Shown here in pieces: positions 1 through 12,419 of a stretch of 64,000 bases of DNA (within the stretch, counting starts at the first letter, position 1; each line of letters begins with the position of its first letter). A program made the translations under genes and the position numbers. The stretch comes from Azolla caroliniana (Eukaryota > Plantae > Polypodiophyta), in NCBI GenBank assembly GCA_043228905.1, contig JBHGNT010000015.1:10354001-10418000 (forward strand). Reading direction: 5' to 3'. The notes beneath the pieces are model-generated. The model did no database searches, was not told the origin of the DNA, and saw nothing but the letters and a program-made list of their open reading frames with translations.

Positions 1-1108
1 GGATCAAATGGTGGAGTTGGAAAGGTAGGTCTGGGAAGCATACTGTAATGACCATCGGTGTGCCCGCTTTTTTATTCTCTTCCTTTGCATCGAAGTTTGG
101 ACTCCATTCCAAAATCATGGCTTTGCCATACTTGAGTGTAATCCATTTGTGATCCAGAATCTCCTTCACATTATGACCTTCTTCTAAGATCACATGGTAA
201 TAGTTGAGGCCCATTCTCAAAATGTTCTGGATAGGCGGCATTTTATCCAAAAGAGCTGCCTGCAACATGTCCCTTAGCATCCCTTTACTTGTTCGTCCTC
301 CTAACAACCGACAAATGAACGATGAACACTTTAAACGGCCCACTTCTTCCATCAATCTTCGATTCTCTGCCGGAGAAAGATAAAGGTCGATCCCTTTTCT
401 TTCATCAATGCCCTCCTCCACCTGCTTCTCTTCAACCTGACCACTATCATTATTCTCTTTTACTATCAAGACATTGCCCAAGCCTGCCTCGGTGTTCATT
501 TCGGAATGTGCCATGATCAGCCCCCCGCCTATCTGCTCCTCATTCTGCGGATCTGGATGCATACCTGTACCTAATATTTCAGCTGGAGGATACGAATCCA
601 TACCTGTTCCAACTATGTGTGTTGGAGGAAGGTTGAGCATATCCATCTCCAAAAGGTTGTCGTCGCATTCGTTGATTGGGGAATGTGGCATGAGCATGTG
701 GCGCCTTCCTAATGTTCTAGCCTCCAATGTTACAGACCTGTCCAATGCCTTCCCTGGCTGTCCCGATCTCAAACGCGCAATCCGATGAGAGGTTTGTTGC
801 CGCAAGGGAAGCGACGGCCAACGAGGACGCTGGGAGGAAGCCTTTCCTTTTGTAGGAACACCATCATTCACTTTCCGCATCTTCCCTGCCTCACAACGTC
901 TCCTCAATGTGATTCCCTGACACCACAGAACAGCCACTGGTGAGCGGCCGAGACTCCCTCCTGCGATTGCGATAGCCGCTGCGCGAGATCTTAGACAACG
1001 GCACATAGCTATCCGCCGCGGGCGCTCCTCACCGTGCTCCTGTTCCTGCTCGTCGTTTCCTCTTCCCGCCATTCTCTGCTCCTGCTCTTCGCCATCGCCA
1101 TCGCGTTA
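1..1108 (-). mobile_element. 5' part of an L1-type LINE (ORF1, DUF4283-like), running off the left edge
   Basis: Minus-strand frame open from ATG at 1072 to the window edge: ...RLKCSSFICRLLGGRTSKGMLRDMLQAALLDKMPPIQNILRMGLNYYHVILEEG...KAMILEWSPNFDAKE...VITVCFPDLPFQLHHLI, typical of plant LINE ORF1 (WxPxF, V.F..LP). 5' boundary approximate. Confidence 0.75.
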
Positions 1109-1154
1109 GATCATCACCTTACCATGACACTATGATAATATTATATGTTATATG

Positions 1155-2007
1155 TGTTAGAAAATCGACGCTTCCAAAAACTTTACCTCTCGGCCACAAC
1201 CGAGGAAACACGAGTCAATGCAGCAGTAAATCGAAAACACAGAGAGAGACTCGAATGCACAGGGTTTAGCGTGGAAAACCCTAGATGGGAAAAACCACGG
1301 GAGTGCAAGACTCCAACTATCACTATACGCAGGGAATGTACAATGGCGAGCTGCAAGGCGACGACCTTGAGCTCGCTGTCCTCGCCACAGGCGGCGGTAT
1401 TACACAGAGGCGTCGACCTCTTCCTTTCTCTCTCTCTCTCTCTCTCTCGGCTGCTCTCACTTCGCTCCCTCTAAGTGGAAAACAGAAAAATGAGCAACAA
1501 CTACAAAACTGTTTGCCCTAAGTCATATTTATACACATATGACTTTCGGGCTATTTACAAATATAGCCTAGAGGGCCCTTGGCAAACATATTCACAAATA
1601 TGTCCCCGCATCCGGATCTCTCTCCGGGTACATTCGTCATCCGGCTCCGTAGCCGGGGTCTTCATCATACGGCTCCGAAACCGGGTCTTCGTCATCCGGC
1701 TCCGTAGCCGGGGTCTTCATCATCCGGCTCCGAAACCGGGTCTTCGTCATCCGGCTCCGTAGCCGGGGTCTTCATCATCCGGCTCCGAAACCGAGTCTTC
1801 GTCATCTGGCTCCGTAGCCGGGGTCTTCATCATCCGGCTCCGAAACCGGGTCTTCGTCATCCGGCTCCGTAGCCGGGGTCTTCATCATCCGGATCCGAAA
1901 CCGGGTCTTCCTCATCCGGTTCCGATACCGGGTACTCCTCATTCGGGTCTTCATTCCCGATTCCCGGACATCTGACCATCCCATCCGGAGGGACCGTAAT
2001 CCCAACA
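1155..2007 (-). repeat. 3' LTR (853 bp) with five 55-bp tandem units
   Basis: Matches 6123-6815; units start at 1633, 1688, 1743, 1798 and 1853. Confidence 0.95.
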
Positions 2008-2017
2008 AACTCCCCCT

Positions 2018-5000
2018 TCACTTCGGCATGGGATGTCTTTCCAGTCTGACCCTCTTCCGGCACGCTTCCAGCTTGTCGGGTGTGAGCACTTTGGTCAGCA
2101 TATCTGACCCGTTCTCGTCCGTGTGGATCTTCGTCAGCACGAACTCCTGGTCTTCTATCCTTTCCCGGATCCAGTGATATCTTCGCTGGATGTGCTTCGT
2201 CCGGGAGTGATAGGCCGCATTCTTCGCAAGGTGGATGGCACTCTGATTGTCGCAGTAGAGTCGGTACTCCTCCTGCCGGATACCAAGCTCTCTAATGAAG
2301 TCCTTCATCCATATTATTTCCTTGCCGGCTTCAATAGCCGCCATGTACTCCGCCTCCGTGGTCAACAACGCAACCGTCTTCTGCAGCCTCGACTGCAACG
2401 AAACAGCTCCCCCTGCATACGTCATCACATGCCCTGATGTGGACCGGCTGGTATCTGCATCAGCCGACATATCCGAATCGGTAAAGTCGTCGAGTTCGGG
2501 CTTACCGGAGCCGAATCGGAGGCACACGTTTGCCATGCCCTTCAGGTATCGGAGTATCCACTTGGCCGCGTTCCAGTGCTCTTTGCCGGGATTGCTCATG
2601 TACCGGCTCACCACTCCGACTGCATATCCTATGTCCGGTCTTGTACACACCATTGCGTACATCAAGCTTCCGACGGCACAGGCATATGGTACTTTCATCA
2701 TGTCCTCCTTCTCAGCCTTTGTCTTGGGGCTTTGCTTGCTGGACAACCTGCAGTTTGCCGGGAGGGTTGACCCGACCGGTCTTGCTTCCGACATGTTGAA
2801 CCGGTGAAGCACCTTTGTCACGTACTTCTCCTGTGACAGCCACAACTGCTTCTTCTTCCGGTCCCGGATGATGTGCATCCCTAGTATTTGCCTCGCCGGA
2901 CCCAGGTCCTTCATTGAGAAGGTTCGGTGAAGCGCTTTCTTCAGCATCCGTATCTTGACCTGGTCCCGTCCGACGATCAACATGTCGTCCACGTACAGGA
3001 GGAGTATTAGAAAGTCTCCTCCTTCGAACTTCTTCACAAACACGCAGTGATCGGACTGCGTTTTGTGGTACCCTTCGTCGGTCATGAAAGAGTCGAACTT
3101 CCGGTACCATTGCCGGGGAGCCTGCTTCAGTCCGTAAAGGCTCTTCTTCAACCGGCATACCAGGTGCTCCTTTCCTTTCTTCTCGAATCCTTCCGGTTGC
3201 TGCATGTAGATCTCTTCTTCGAGGTCACCGTGAAGGAATGCCGTCTTCACGTCCATCTGTTCTACCTCGAGGTCCATGCTTGCCGCTATGCTCAGCACCG
3301 TCCGGATGGAGGTCATCTTCACTACCGGGGCAAATATCTCGTCGAAGTCGACGCCCTTCTTCTGCTGGAACCCCTTCACCACGATCCTGGCTTTGTATCT
3401 CGGGGGGTTTCCGGCATCTCCCGGTTTCAGCTTGAACACCCACTTGTTTCGAAGTGCCCGCTTTCCTTTCGGCAACTCCACAAGTTCATATGTGTGGTTC
3501 TCATGCAGGGAATCCATCTCCTCCTGCATGGCACTTAACCACCTGCGGCTATGGGTGTCAAGCTTTGCTTCTTCAAAACTCTCCGGCTCCCCCTCGTCGG
3601 TTAGCAGCACATGCTCTGGTTCCGGAAATCTCCGGGGGGCCCTTCTCTCTCTTAGAGGATATCTCCGTTCCGGAGCTTCGGTAACCGGCTCCTCCGTTTC
3701 CTCTTCATCCGAATCCATTTCGGGATCGGGGCCGGTTCCGGTATCAGTTTCATCTTCCTCGGCCGGTTCTGTTTCTTCACCGTCTTCGGCCGGATCCTCG
3801 AGTGCTAACCGGTCCCTTGCCGGTCGGGACTGCTCCTCGTAGAGTTGATCCTCACCGGTCGACTTGGAGGTCTTCATCTTCTTCTCCGACTCCCAGTCGG
3901 CGAGTGTCTTGTCCTCCATGAAGATGATATCACGACTCCGGAATATCTTTTTGTCGACCGGGTCCCATACTCGGTAGCCGAACTCGTCATCACCGTAACC
4001 GAGGAATATGCATGGCCGGGTCTTTGGATCTAGCTTTCCTCTCCGGTCCTTTGCCACATGCACATATGCGAGACACCCGAACACCTTCAGATGCCGGTAG
4101 GATACTTCCCTGCCGGTCCACACTCTCTGCGGCGTGTCTCCGTCCAAAGGTACTGAGGGTGATCTGTTTATCACGTATGTCGCCGTCGACATTGCCTCAG
4201 CCCAAAACCCCTTGGGTAATTTCGCATGCGCCAGCATACTCCGGACCCTCTCCATTATGGTCCGGTTCATCCTCTCGGCCAGCCCGTTCAGTTCCGGCGT
4301 CTTCGGCACAGTAAACTCGAGCCGGATTCCCTTCGAGCGACAGTACTCCTCGAACTGCCCCCGGTATTCCCCTCCGTTATCCGCTCGTATCGCTTTCAGC
4401 TTCTTGCCGGATTCCCTTTCCACTCTCGCGTGGAGTTCTTTGAAAACGCACAACACTTGGTCCTTTTTCTTCAACGGTGCCGTCCACAGCTTCCGACTGT
4501 GGTCATCAATGAATGTCACGAAGTACTGGGCTCCGCCATGTGACTTCGTTTCTACTTGACACACGTCAGTGTGCACCAACTCCAATGGTGCGCTACGTCT
4601 CGTCGGTGGCCTTGACTGGAAGGAGGTTCGGTTCTGCTTACCGGCCAGGCAATCGGTGCACTTCTCCAGGTGCACATGCTTCACTGGAATAAGGTTGTCT
4701 TCTGCAAGCCTCTTCATCCCCTTCTCACTCATGTGGCACAGTCTCTTGTGCCACAGCTCACCGGCAGTATCGGCTGCCACGTTCAACTCCTCCGGACACA
4801 ACCAGGCATTCATAAGGTACAGTGTGTTGACTTTCCGGGCCCGAGCCACTATCAGGCTCCCCTTGCTGAACTTCATTACGCAGTTCCGGATGCTACCTGT
4901 GTAGCCTTCATCGTCTAGCCTCCCGACCGAAATCAGGTTCAATCGAACCTCCGGAACGTGTCGGACATCCTTCAGCAACATTTTGCATCCGGTCGAGGTT

Positions 5001-6100
5001 GTCAACCACACGTCTCCTATGCCGGCAATCCGGCAAGTACCTTCATTTCCCATCCGAACGCAGCCATGCTCACCGGCTGTATAGGATGAGAAGTATCTTC
5101 TTTCCGGGGTCAGGTGGAACGACGCTCCGGAATCGACCACCCAGGTAGTCTCATCGCCGGCAATGTTTAGTTCACCTTCTTCGGTGATGAGCATGATCTC
5201 CTCTTCACTTGCCGCGAGTGCCGTCGTTCCTTTCCGGTCCTGCCCTCGCCGATCCGAACCATTCCGGTCCGTGGCTCCCCGGTAAGCACCGTTCCGTTCC
5301 GAAGACTTCTTCGAATCAGTGTCGTCGGCTCCGTTGTCTTTTCGGTAATGCCGACAATTCTTTCGGAAGTGCCCCGGCTTCCCACAGTGGAAGCATGTGG
5401 GCCTTCCTCTTGACTGCGACCGGGTCCCGGACTTCTCCCGTCTTTGCGGACTCCGGTTCCGTTGTCTTCCCCGATCCGATTCGGTAAGCAGCATCTTCGG
5501 ATCGGAGGCCGGTTCTTTATCTCTCCGACGCGCTTCTTCGTTCAAAATGCTTGTCTTTACCATTTGTAAGGACAAGTTATCTTCGGTGCAAGAGGTGCTG
5601 AGAGTCACCACCAAGTTCTCCCAGCTTTCCGGCAATGTACACATCAGCATGATGGCTTGCATTGCATCCTCCAACGGGAACTTGATCGCCGCAAGCTGGT
5701 TCACGAATCCCATGAACATGCTTACGTGTTCCACCATACTCTCGCCGTCCCGGTACTTGAGGTTCACTATCTTCCTCATCAGGGAGGTCCGGTTCAACGC
5801 ATTCTTCCTCTCGTAGAGGCCCGACAGCTTCTGCCACATCTCATATGCGTTGGTGTCGTTCGCCACATGTTGTAGAACGCTCACGTCGACGTATTGCCGA
5901 ATGGTTGCAACGGCTTTCCGGTTCAGAAGCCTCCATTCCGTCTCAAGTACCCCCTTGGGTATTTCCGACCTGTCGATCGGTTCATACAGGTCCCGAACAA
6001 TGAGCAGATCCTCCATCTTTATCTTCCAGTCGGCGTAGTTCTGCGCATTCAGCACCATCATCCCCGGCTGCCCGCTGCTGCCGCCTTCCATTTTCTGCAC
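2018..6100 (-). CDS. Copia Gag-Pol polyprotein, 1360 aa
   Basis: CFHCGKPGHFRKNC zinc knuckle; WVVDSGAS protease; WHKRLCH...CTDC, HTDVC, RADNGGEY, NGLAERMN integrase; QMDVKTAFLHG and LYVDDML RT; FTDSD, TEAEY, CDNQSAI RNase H; no stops. Confidence 0.97.
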   Translation of the reverse strand: MQKMEGGSSGQPGMMVLNAQNYADWKIKMEDLLIVRDLYEPIDRSEIPKGVLETEWRLLNRKAVATIRQYVDVSVLQHVANDTNAYEMWQKLSGLYERKNALNRTSLMRKIVNLKYRDGESMVEHVSMFMGFVNQLAAIKFPLEDAMQAIMLMCTLPESWENLVVTLSTSCTEDNLSLQMVKTSILNEEARRRDKEPASDPKMLLTESDRGRQRNRSPQRREKSGTRSQSRGRPTCFHCGKPGHFRKNCRHYRKDNGADDTDSKKSSERNGAYRGATDRNGSDRRGQDRKGTTALAASEEEIMLITEEGELNIAGDETTWVVDSGASFHLTPERRYFSSYTAGEHGCVRMGNEGTCRIAGIGDVWLTTSTGCKMLLKDVRHVPEVRLNLISVGRLDDEGYTGSIRNCVMKFSKGSLIVARARKVNTLYLMNAWLCPEELNVAADTAGELWHKRLCHMSEKGMKRLAEDNLIPVKHVHLEKCTDCLAGKQNRTSFQSRPPTRRSAPLELVHTDVCQVETKSHGGAQYFVTFIDDHSRKLWTAPLKKKDQVLCVFKELHARVERESGKKLKAIRADNGGEYRGQFEEYCRSKGIRLEFTVPKTPELNGLAERMNRTIMERVRSMLAHAKLPKGFWAEAMSTATYVINRSPSVPLDGDTPQRVWTGREVSYRHLKVFGCLAYVHVAKDRRGKLDPKTRPCIFLGYGDDEFGYRVWDPVDKKIFRSRDIIFMEDKTLADWESEKKMKTSKSTGEDQLYEEQSRPARDRLALEDPAEDGEETEPAEEDETDTGTGPDPEMDSDEEETEEPVTEAPERRYPLRERRAPRRFPEPEHVLLTDEGEPESFEEAKLDTHSRRWLSAMQEEMDSLHENHTYELVELPKGKRALRNKWVFKLKPGDAGNPPRYKARIVVKGFQQKKGVDFDEIFAPVVKMTSIRTVLSIAASMDLEVEQMDVKTAFLHGDLEEEIYMQQPEGFEKKGKEHLVCRLKKSLYGLKQAPRQWYRKFDSFMTDEGYHKTQSDHCVFVKKFEGGDFLILLLYVDDMLIVGRDQVKIRMLKKALHRTFSMKDLGPARQILGMHIIRDRKKKQLWLSQEKYVTKVLHRFNMSEARPVGSTLPANCRLSSKQSPKTKAEKEDMMKVPYACAVGSLMYAMVCTRPDIGYAVGVVSRYMSNPGKEHWNAAKWILRYLKGMANVCLRFGSGKPELDDFTDSDMSADADTSRSTSGHVMTYAGGAVSLQSRLQKTVALLTTEAEYMAAIEAGKEIIWMKDFIRELGIRQEEYRLYCDNQSAIHLAKNAAYHSRTKHIQRRYHWIRERIEDQEFVLTKIHTDENGSDMLTKVLTPDKLEACRKRVRLERHPMPK

Positions 6101-6122
6101 TACAGTCGCTCTGATACCAGAT

Positions 6123-6815
6123 TGTTAGAAAATCGACGCTTCCAAAAACTTTACCTCTCGGCCACAACCGAGGAAACACGAGTCAATGCAGCAGTAAATC
6201 GAAAACACAGAGAGAGACTCGAATGCACAGGGTTTAGCGTGGAAAACCCTAGACGGGAAAAACCACGGGAGTGCAAGACTCCAACTATCACTATACGCAG
6301 GGAATGTACAATGGCGAGCTGCAAGGCGACGACCTTGAGCTCGCTGTCCTCGCCACAGGCGGCGGTATTACACAGAGGCGTCGACCTCTTCCTTTCTCTC
6401 TCTCTCTCTCTCTCTCGGCTGCTCTCACTTCGCTCCCTCTAAGTGGAAAACAGAAAAATGAGCAACAACTACAAAACTGTTTGCCCTAAGTCATATTTAT
6501 ACACATATGACTTTCGGGCTATTTACAAATATAGCCTAGAGGGCCCTTGGCAAACATATTCACAAATATGTCCCCGCATCCGGATCTCTCTCCGGGTACA
6601 TTCGTCATCCGGCTCCGTAGCCGGGCCGGGGTCTTCATCATCCGGCTCCGAAACCGGGTCTTCGTCATCCGGCTCCGTAGCCGGGGTCTTCATCATCCGG
6701 ATCCGAAACCGGGTCTTCCTCATCCGGTTCCGATACCGGGTACTCCTCATTCGGGTCTTCATTCCCGATTCCCGGACATCTGACCATCCCATCCGGAGGG
6801 ACCGTAATCCCAACA
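6123..6815 (-). repeat. 5' LTR (693 bp) with two 55-bp units
   Basis: Matches 1155-2007; units at 6601 (with a 5-bp CCGGG duplication) and 6661. Confidence 0.95.
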
Positions 6816-6820
6816 ATATG

Positions 6821-7741
6821 TAGAGGCAAATAAAAACATATATATGTTATATTACATGGACGAGAGAGGACTTGAGCCAAAAACCCCACCTTATGACACT
6901 CAAACCTTACCATTTAGCCTATACTAATAATTTACAAGAGATCATATGCATTGTTTTATTTGAAGTAGTATTTTATATAATCTAAACCATGTAATACACT
7001 ACATGCACACCATATAGCATATTACGTGGGCAAAAGTGGACTTGAACCAACACCCCCAACCCTATGGCATTCAAATCTTACCATTTAGCCTATACTTGTG
7101 ATATATATAATATAGTGTTGTACTGTTATATGGTTTAAACCAGGAAATGTACTAAATGAATGTGCACCATATAGCACACATGCAAGAGCCTCTCTGCATG
7201 TGTGCCACATGGCCCACATGTAGAACCCTCTCTTCCCTATAAAAGGAGAAGGGAGTATGGTCACAAGGGATATGAAAGGAATTCAAATCGAAACACTATA
7301 TTATATGATATACCAAGACAATCAAATAGAATTATATTACATAAGAGATGTCATAACATAGAAAGAGGAAGAGAAGAAGAGCTAGCTTGGCGGTTGTGGT
7401 GCTCAACTCGCAACGAAAGGGCGGCGGTTCGATTCTTATCTCCATAGAAATATTGAAGTAAAGATTGTTGTGGCTTACTATTAAGAAATAGAAGAGCGAT
7501 TACCTTATGAGACAAAGTTCGAATTCAACAACGCTTGCAACCATTTTGTAACTCTTTCATCAAATAATTATAAATCTCTTTTATTGCTTCAAATATCATT
7601 CTATATCCTATCTTGTTTATCACTATTTATCTATTTCTATTCTTTTGTCTCTTCCGTCCAAAATCCCAGCGATTCCTTCCTCACTTTCACGTTATCTTCT
7701 ATCTACGCAACACTACCTTCTAAGCAAGCCACGTCACGACA
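6821..7741 (+). mobile_element. 3' part of a gypsy-type LTR (probably also includes ~1109-1154), interrupted by the copia and the LINE
   Basis: Ends ...CACGACA followed by ACGG; subterminal motif GTCCAAAATCCCAGCGATTCC is shared with the LTRs ending at 16942, 20071 and 24777; TATA-like CTATAAAAGG at ~7237; contains tRNA-like units. Confidence 0.65.
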
Positions 7742-10325
7742 ACGGCACTGATAAGGACGAGTTGGATCGAAGTGAATCCGACTCCGAGAAGAACAAACAT
7801 GGACCTTCGGAAACGAAGTCCGCATCTGCCAAGAGGGCCTCGAAATCGGCTAATGAGCAATTACGCCGATCTACCCGCCATAAGAACCCTGTGGTGCGGA
7901 GATCATTATGCATACATGACGCGAGTGGTGGAAGTGCGTGAATTGGAGAGCTACGCAGAAGCGGCGAAGGACACAAATTGGCGTGCTACAATGGAGGAAG
8001 AGATGCACGCATTAGCTGAAAATGAAACTTAGGACCTGGTTGATGCCCCGAAGGGTGTAAAACCAATTGGATGCAAGCGGGTGTACAAGGTCAAGTACAA
8101 CACCGACGGCTCTGTCAACCACTACAAGGCCTGGTTAGTGGCGAAGGGATATGCACAACAACACGGCATCAATTACGATGAGACCTTTGCGCTAGTTGCG
8201 AAGATGACAACCGTCTGTGTCCTGCTTGCGGTAGCCGCGGTAAAGGGGTGGCATTTACATCAGATGGATGTAAACAATTCATTCCTGCAAGGAGAACTTG
8301 AGGAACAAGTGTACATGGTACAACTCCCCAGATTTTAGTCAGGAAGAACACCTCAGCAGTATGCTGACTAAAGAAGTCCCTCTACGGACTAAAGCAAGCC
8401 TCACGCACGTGGAACGCCTGCGTCGAATGGGGTTTGCGACATCCAAATCAAACTCTTCATTGTTTGTCCGGCAAGGTCGACATGGACTGGTTAGTATTTT
8501 ACTTTACGTTGAGGATTTAGTCATCGCCGACGCCGACCGAGATGAAATCGGCCATTTAAAGTCCTAGCTCACGACATCATTCAACATGAAGGACCTAGGG
8601 GACCTCCATTACTTCCTAGGGATCTAAGTGATCTGCACCCCCGAAGGCGTACTGATCAGCCAATGACATTACGTGCTGAGTATGCTCTTCAAATTCGGGA
8701 TGGCAAACTCTAAGTCCATCTCAATTCCTCTGGACAGAAACGTCAAGCTTCGCCGAGATTCGGGAAAGACGTGCGACCCGACACGGTTCCGACAGATTTT
8801 CGATAGCCTAATTTATTTGATGATCACTCGGTCGTATCTCAGTTACCCAGTCGGCTTGATCAATCAAATTATGTCCAGCCCACAACTGAACACCTTCAAT
8901 GCGCGCAAAGGATATTGCGTTATCTCTACGTCATTAAGCATAGGGCGCTGCTATATCAGACCGGCATTGCCAAACAACTCGTCAGCTACTCGGATTCCAA
9001 TTGGGCCGGAAACACCGGCAATTGTAGATCCACATCTGGGTTCACTTTCTCCCTTGGGAGCACCGTGATCGCCTAGAGCAATAAGAAGCAACCCACAGTT
9101 GCATTATCCAACACAGAGGCTGAGTATCGAGCAGCAGATGTTGCGACATGCGAAGCCATTTGGCTCAAAAGGCTACTCAAGAATCTACAGATGGAAGTGT
9201 CTACTCTGATGGCGATCTACTACGACAACCTCAACATCATCCAACTTGCGAAGAACCCCATCTTCCATGCCCAGACCAAGCACATTGAGGTGCACTACCA
9301 TTTTGTCCACGAGCATGTCCTCTCCGATGAAGTCGAACTAGTATATGTTCCGATGGATCGGTAGACTGTCAGCATCTACACCAAGCCCCTTGGTCTCGAC
9401 AAGTTGCATCAACTCATGAGGGGGAGAAAAGACCAGGAAAGGGAGCAGGAAAGGGGTGGAAGTCACTGCGAAGCCGAATCAGATGAAGAATTTGATTTCG
9501 GATCGGCTGAAGAAGTCGAAGATGGAAATAGGGGCTGCAACTGAAGGTAAGAGCCGGAGTCAGCCGAACGAGGGGGATATGAAGCCAAGAAGAGCAAGAA
9601 TTCCAAGACCAAGACATGGTTAGATGTGTTCAAGGGCTTGAAGACCGAAATCGAATTGGAGACAACCAATTCGGACAAAAGTGGAAATGAATCAGAAACA
9701 ACTGATTCGGTTCGAATGTTCAATTCAGGGACACCGAATCAACTAAAGGCCAAGTGGAAGAAAGGGCAACGAGAGTGGCACCAACACCGCAACAATAAGT
9801 GAGTTGGGAAAGCGCACGGAATCGAACAGGTCCAGGAGCGCGACCGAGGCGTGAAGCGAGGAGAAGCTAGAGTGAAGAACTGGAAGAGTAGGCGGAACCT
9901 CAAGTTGAGGTTGAGGGGAAGCATTGAGATACAAGCTCAACATTGGGTGTGTAAACCGGTGTGTAAACCTGTGCATAGACTGAGTGCGCAATGAGAGACG
10001 GTAATGGTGCGTAAACCAGGAGGCCGTTGGATAGATATTCCGTGGAGGAATATATTTTGGGAGTTACTGTAGGGGTTCATTCATGAGCATTGAAGTACGT
10101 GTCAATACTTCTATCAGTCCGTATGAACCTGTATAAAAGTGCTCTCTGAGCACATCCTATGTACAGAGTTTTGAGTATTGTTTTGGAATAAAAGTTTTCT
10201 ATGTTTTGCTCTCTTTGTCTCTCTCGTGCACGTTGTATTGGTTAAGCTTTCCATTAAACCTTCTTTGTCTTTTTTCTGTTGTTACCTAGTTGTGTTTGTT
10301 GAGCTTTCGCACGTATTCTTTTTCA
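7742..10325 (+). mobile_element. 3' half of a degenerate Ty1/copia element (RT, RNase H, C-terminal extension, PPT, 3' LTR ~9922-10325)
   Basis: [54 protein letters not shown] fragments with stops and frameshifts; PPT TTGAGGGGAAG ~9911-9921; LTR homologous to 55009-55435. Confidence 0.9.
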
Positions 10326-10859
10326 TAAATGGAATGATGCACGTAGCCAATCACCCAAAACTTTATATGTAGGGTGTAGATGAAGTAGTACAATTGTGTA
10401 GAGTGTGTATTGTAGAGCTACATATTTATACATGGGAATAAGTTATTATTAACTGATAATAATAACAGTTAATTAGTTGATTGATCGACTCGATTGTTCG
10501 ACCCACAAGTGGACAGTCCAGTCAATTCAACTAGCTGACTCTTGTGTTCGCTATCTAATCGGTTCGACTAGTCGGCCTTGTCTTCGATCATCAGGTCAGC
10601 CCAACTAGTCGGCCTAGTCATTGATTTGGATCATCCTTGGGGGCTTCACTGTCAAAACTTGTATGATAGCACGTGAGTTCATCAAAAGGGGTTTAAATTA
10701 GCGATTGAGGTACAAAATGTATATATAAAAGGATATTAATAAATACTTGAAATATATATTTACATAAGGGTATTATCAATTATGCTAGAAAAAAAATGGC
10801 ATAAGCCCATGAAATATTAGATATTTTAATGAGATAGCGAAGAAATATTATGCAAACAA

Positions 10860-11532
10860 TACTCAAATTTGGAGTAGCATATATACATGTATTCTTTCAT
10901 ACATATATACATACATATACATGCATGCATGCATATATACCTACATTCAAACATTACATCCATGAATATGTATATACATACATTACTCCAATTTATACAT
11001 GCATACTAACTAAACATAAATATATGTACAAATATATATTACCATGTGTAAATAGTTACATACACATACATAAATACATTGCATACGACGTATATAAATA
11101 CATGCATAAATACATACATATGTATGTATGTATATATGCATGTATATGTATGTATGTATGTATGTATATATGCATGTATATGTATGTATGTATGTATGTA
11201 TAATCAACCATATAGGGTTTAGGGGTTTAGGTTTATATTTTCAAGTATATATGTAACCCTAAACCCTACATATATCAACCATATATATTGACATATATAT
11301 ACTACATATTCTTACAAACATGTTTTATATAGTACATATTACACACATATATCATTACACACACAATTATATGCAACTACATATATGTATATATACCAAC
11401 CACAAAAAATATAAATAGTTTACATATTATATATACATACACGTGCACATACATATTAATACATAAGATTTCATATTATATGTCTTACAAATTTTCACAC
11501 ATACAACCAAGTTACATACATATATTATATAT

Positions 11533-11567
<35 letters not shown>

Positions 11568-12300
11568 AATAAATTAGATATTACATATCATATAATCCAT
11601 ACATATTACACAACAAAGAAATTTACATACACATACATACATACATAGATATATTACATATGCACATACATATTCCACATATCACCATATATATAGATTA
11701 TACGAAACCATGCAAACTACATTACTGACAAGTTACATATATACACACACGTTAGATATATGTATACTTACACATACATCGGGTATATACATGCATATTA
11801 CATACATACATCATACCTCCATATACGATCCATACACATACTAAACATGAAAATATCCTGAAAATATACATACACATATGTATATTCATACATATTACAA
11901 ACACACATCCATGCACATTGACTCATGTACATTGACATATGCATATATCCACACACACATACATACATTAGATATGTTACTATGTACATACATATTACAA
12001 ACACACATCCATGCACATTGACTCGTGTACATTGACATATGGATATATGCACACACATACAAACATTATATATGTATATACATATTCCATATATATACAT
12101 ACAATGCATTCTTACACATACATTAGACATATGCATATATATATTATGTGTATATCGCAAACATACATCCTTATATGAGCCATACACATACTAAACATGA
12201 AAATACCCCGAAATTATACATACATAAATACATTACATATTACATATATACACATACGTACATTCATACATGTACATGTACATACATATATTCATTTATA
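10860..12300. repeat. Degenerate (TACA)n/(TA)n/(CA)n low-complexity tract with short internal duplications
   Basis: Visible microsatellite composition; TACATATTACAAACACACATCCATGCACATTGACTC repeated at ~11890 and ~11988. Confidence 0.9.
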
Positions 12301-12419
12301 CGTAAGGTAGTCATGAAAACACATGGCTACGTAAGGTCTGTTGGGACCCTTTGCAATGGACGTGGTGTGATCCTTACGTGGGGCACGGAACGAAACCCAT
12401 CCCTTTCTTCCAATTCAGA

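Larger units (their letters stand above)
1155..6815 (-). mobile_element. Full-length young Ty1/copia LTR retrotransposon
   Basis: TG...CA LTRs at 1155-2007 and 6123-6815; 5-bp TSD ATATG (1150-1154 / 6816-6820); tRNA-Met PBS (TGGTATCAGAGC on minus, ~6108-6119); PPT TGAAGGGGGAGTT next to 2007; single intact gag-pol ORF. Confidence 0.98.

Noticed and set aside
1633-1960. CRISPR-like array, or PDDEDP-repeat ORFs
   Set aside because: Head-to-tail units without unique spacers, inside an LTR; the ORFs are translations of the repeat.
11211-11270. Inverted telomere-like TTTAGGG/CCCTAAA repeats
   Set aside because: Only 2-3 imperfect units within low-complexity DNA; insufficient for a telomere-fusion claim.
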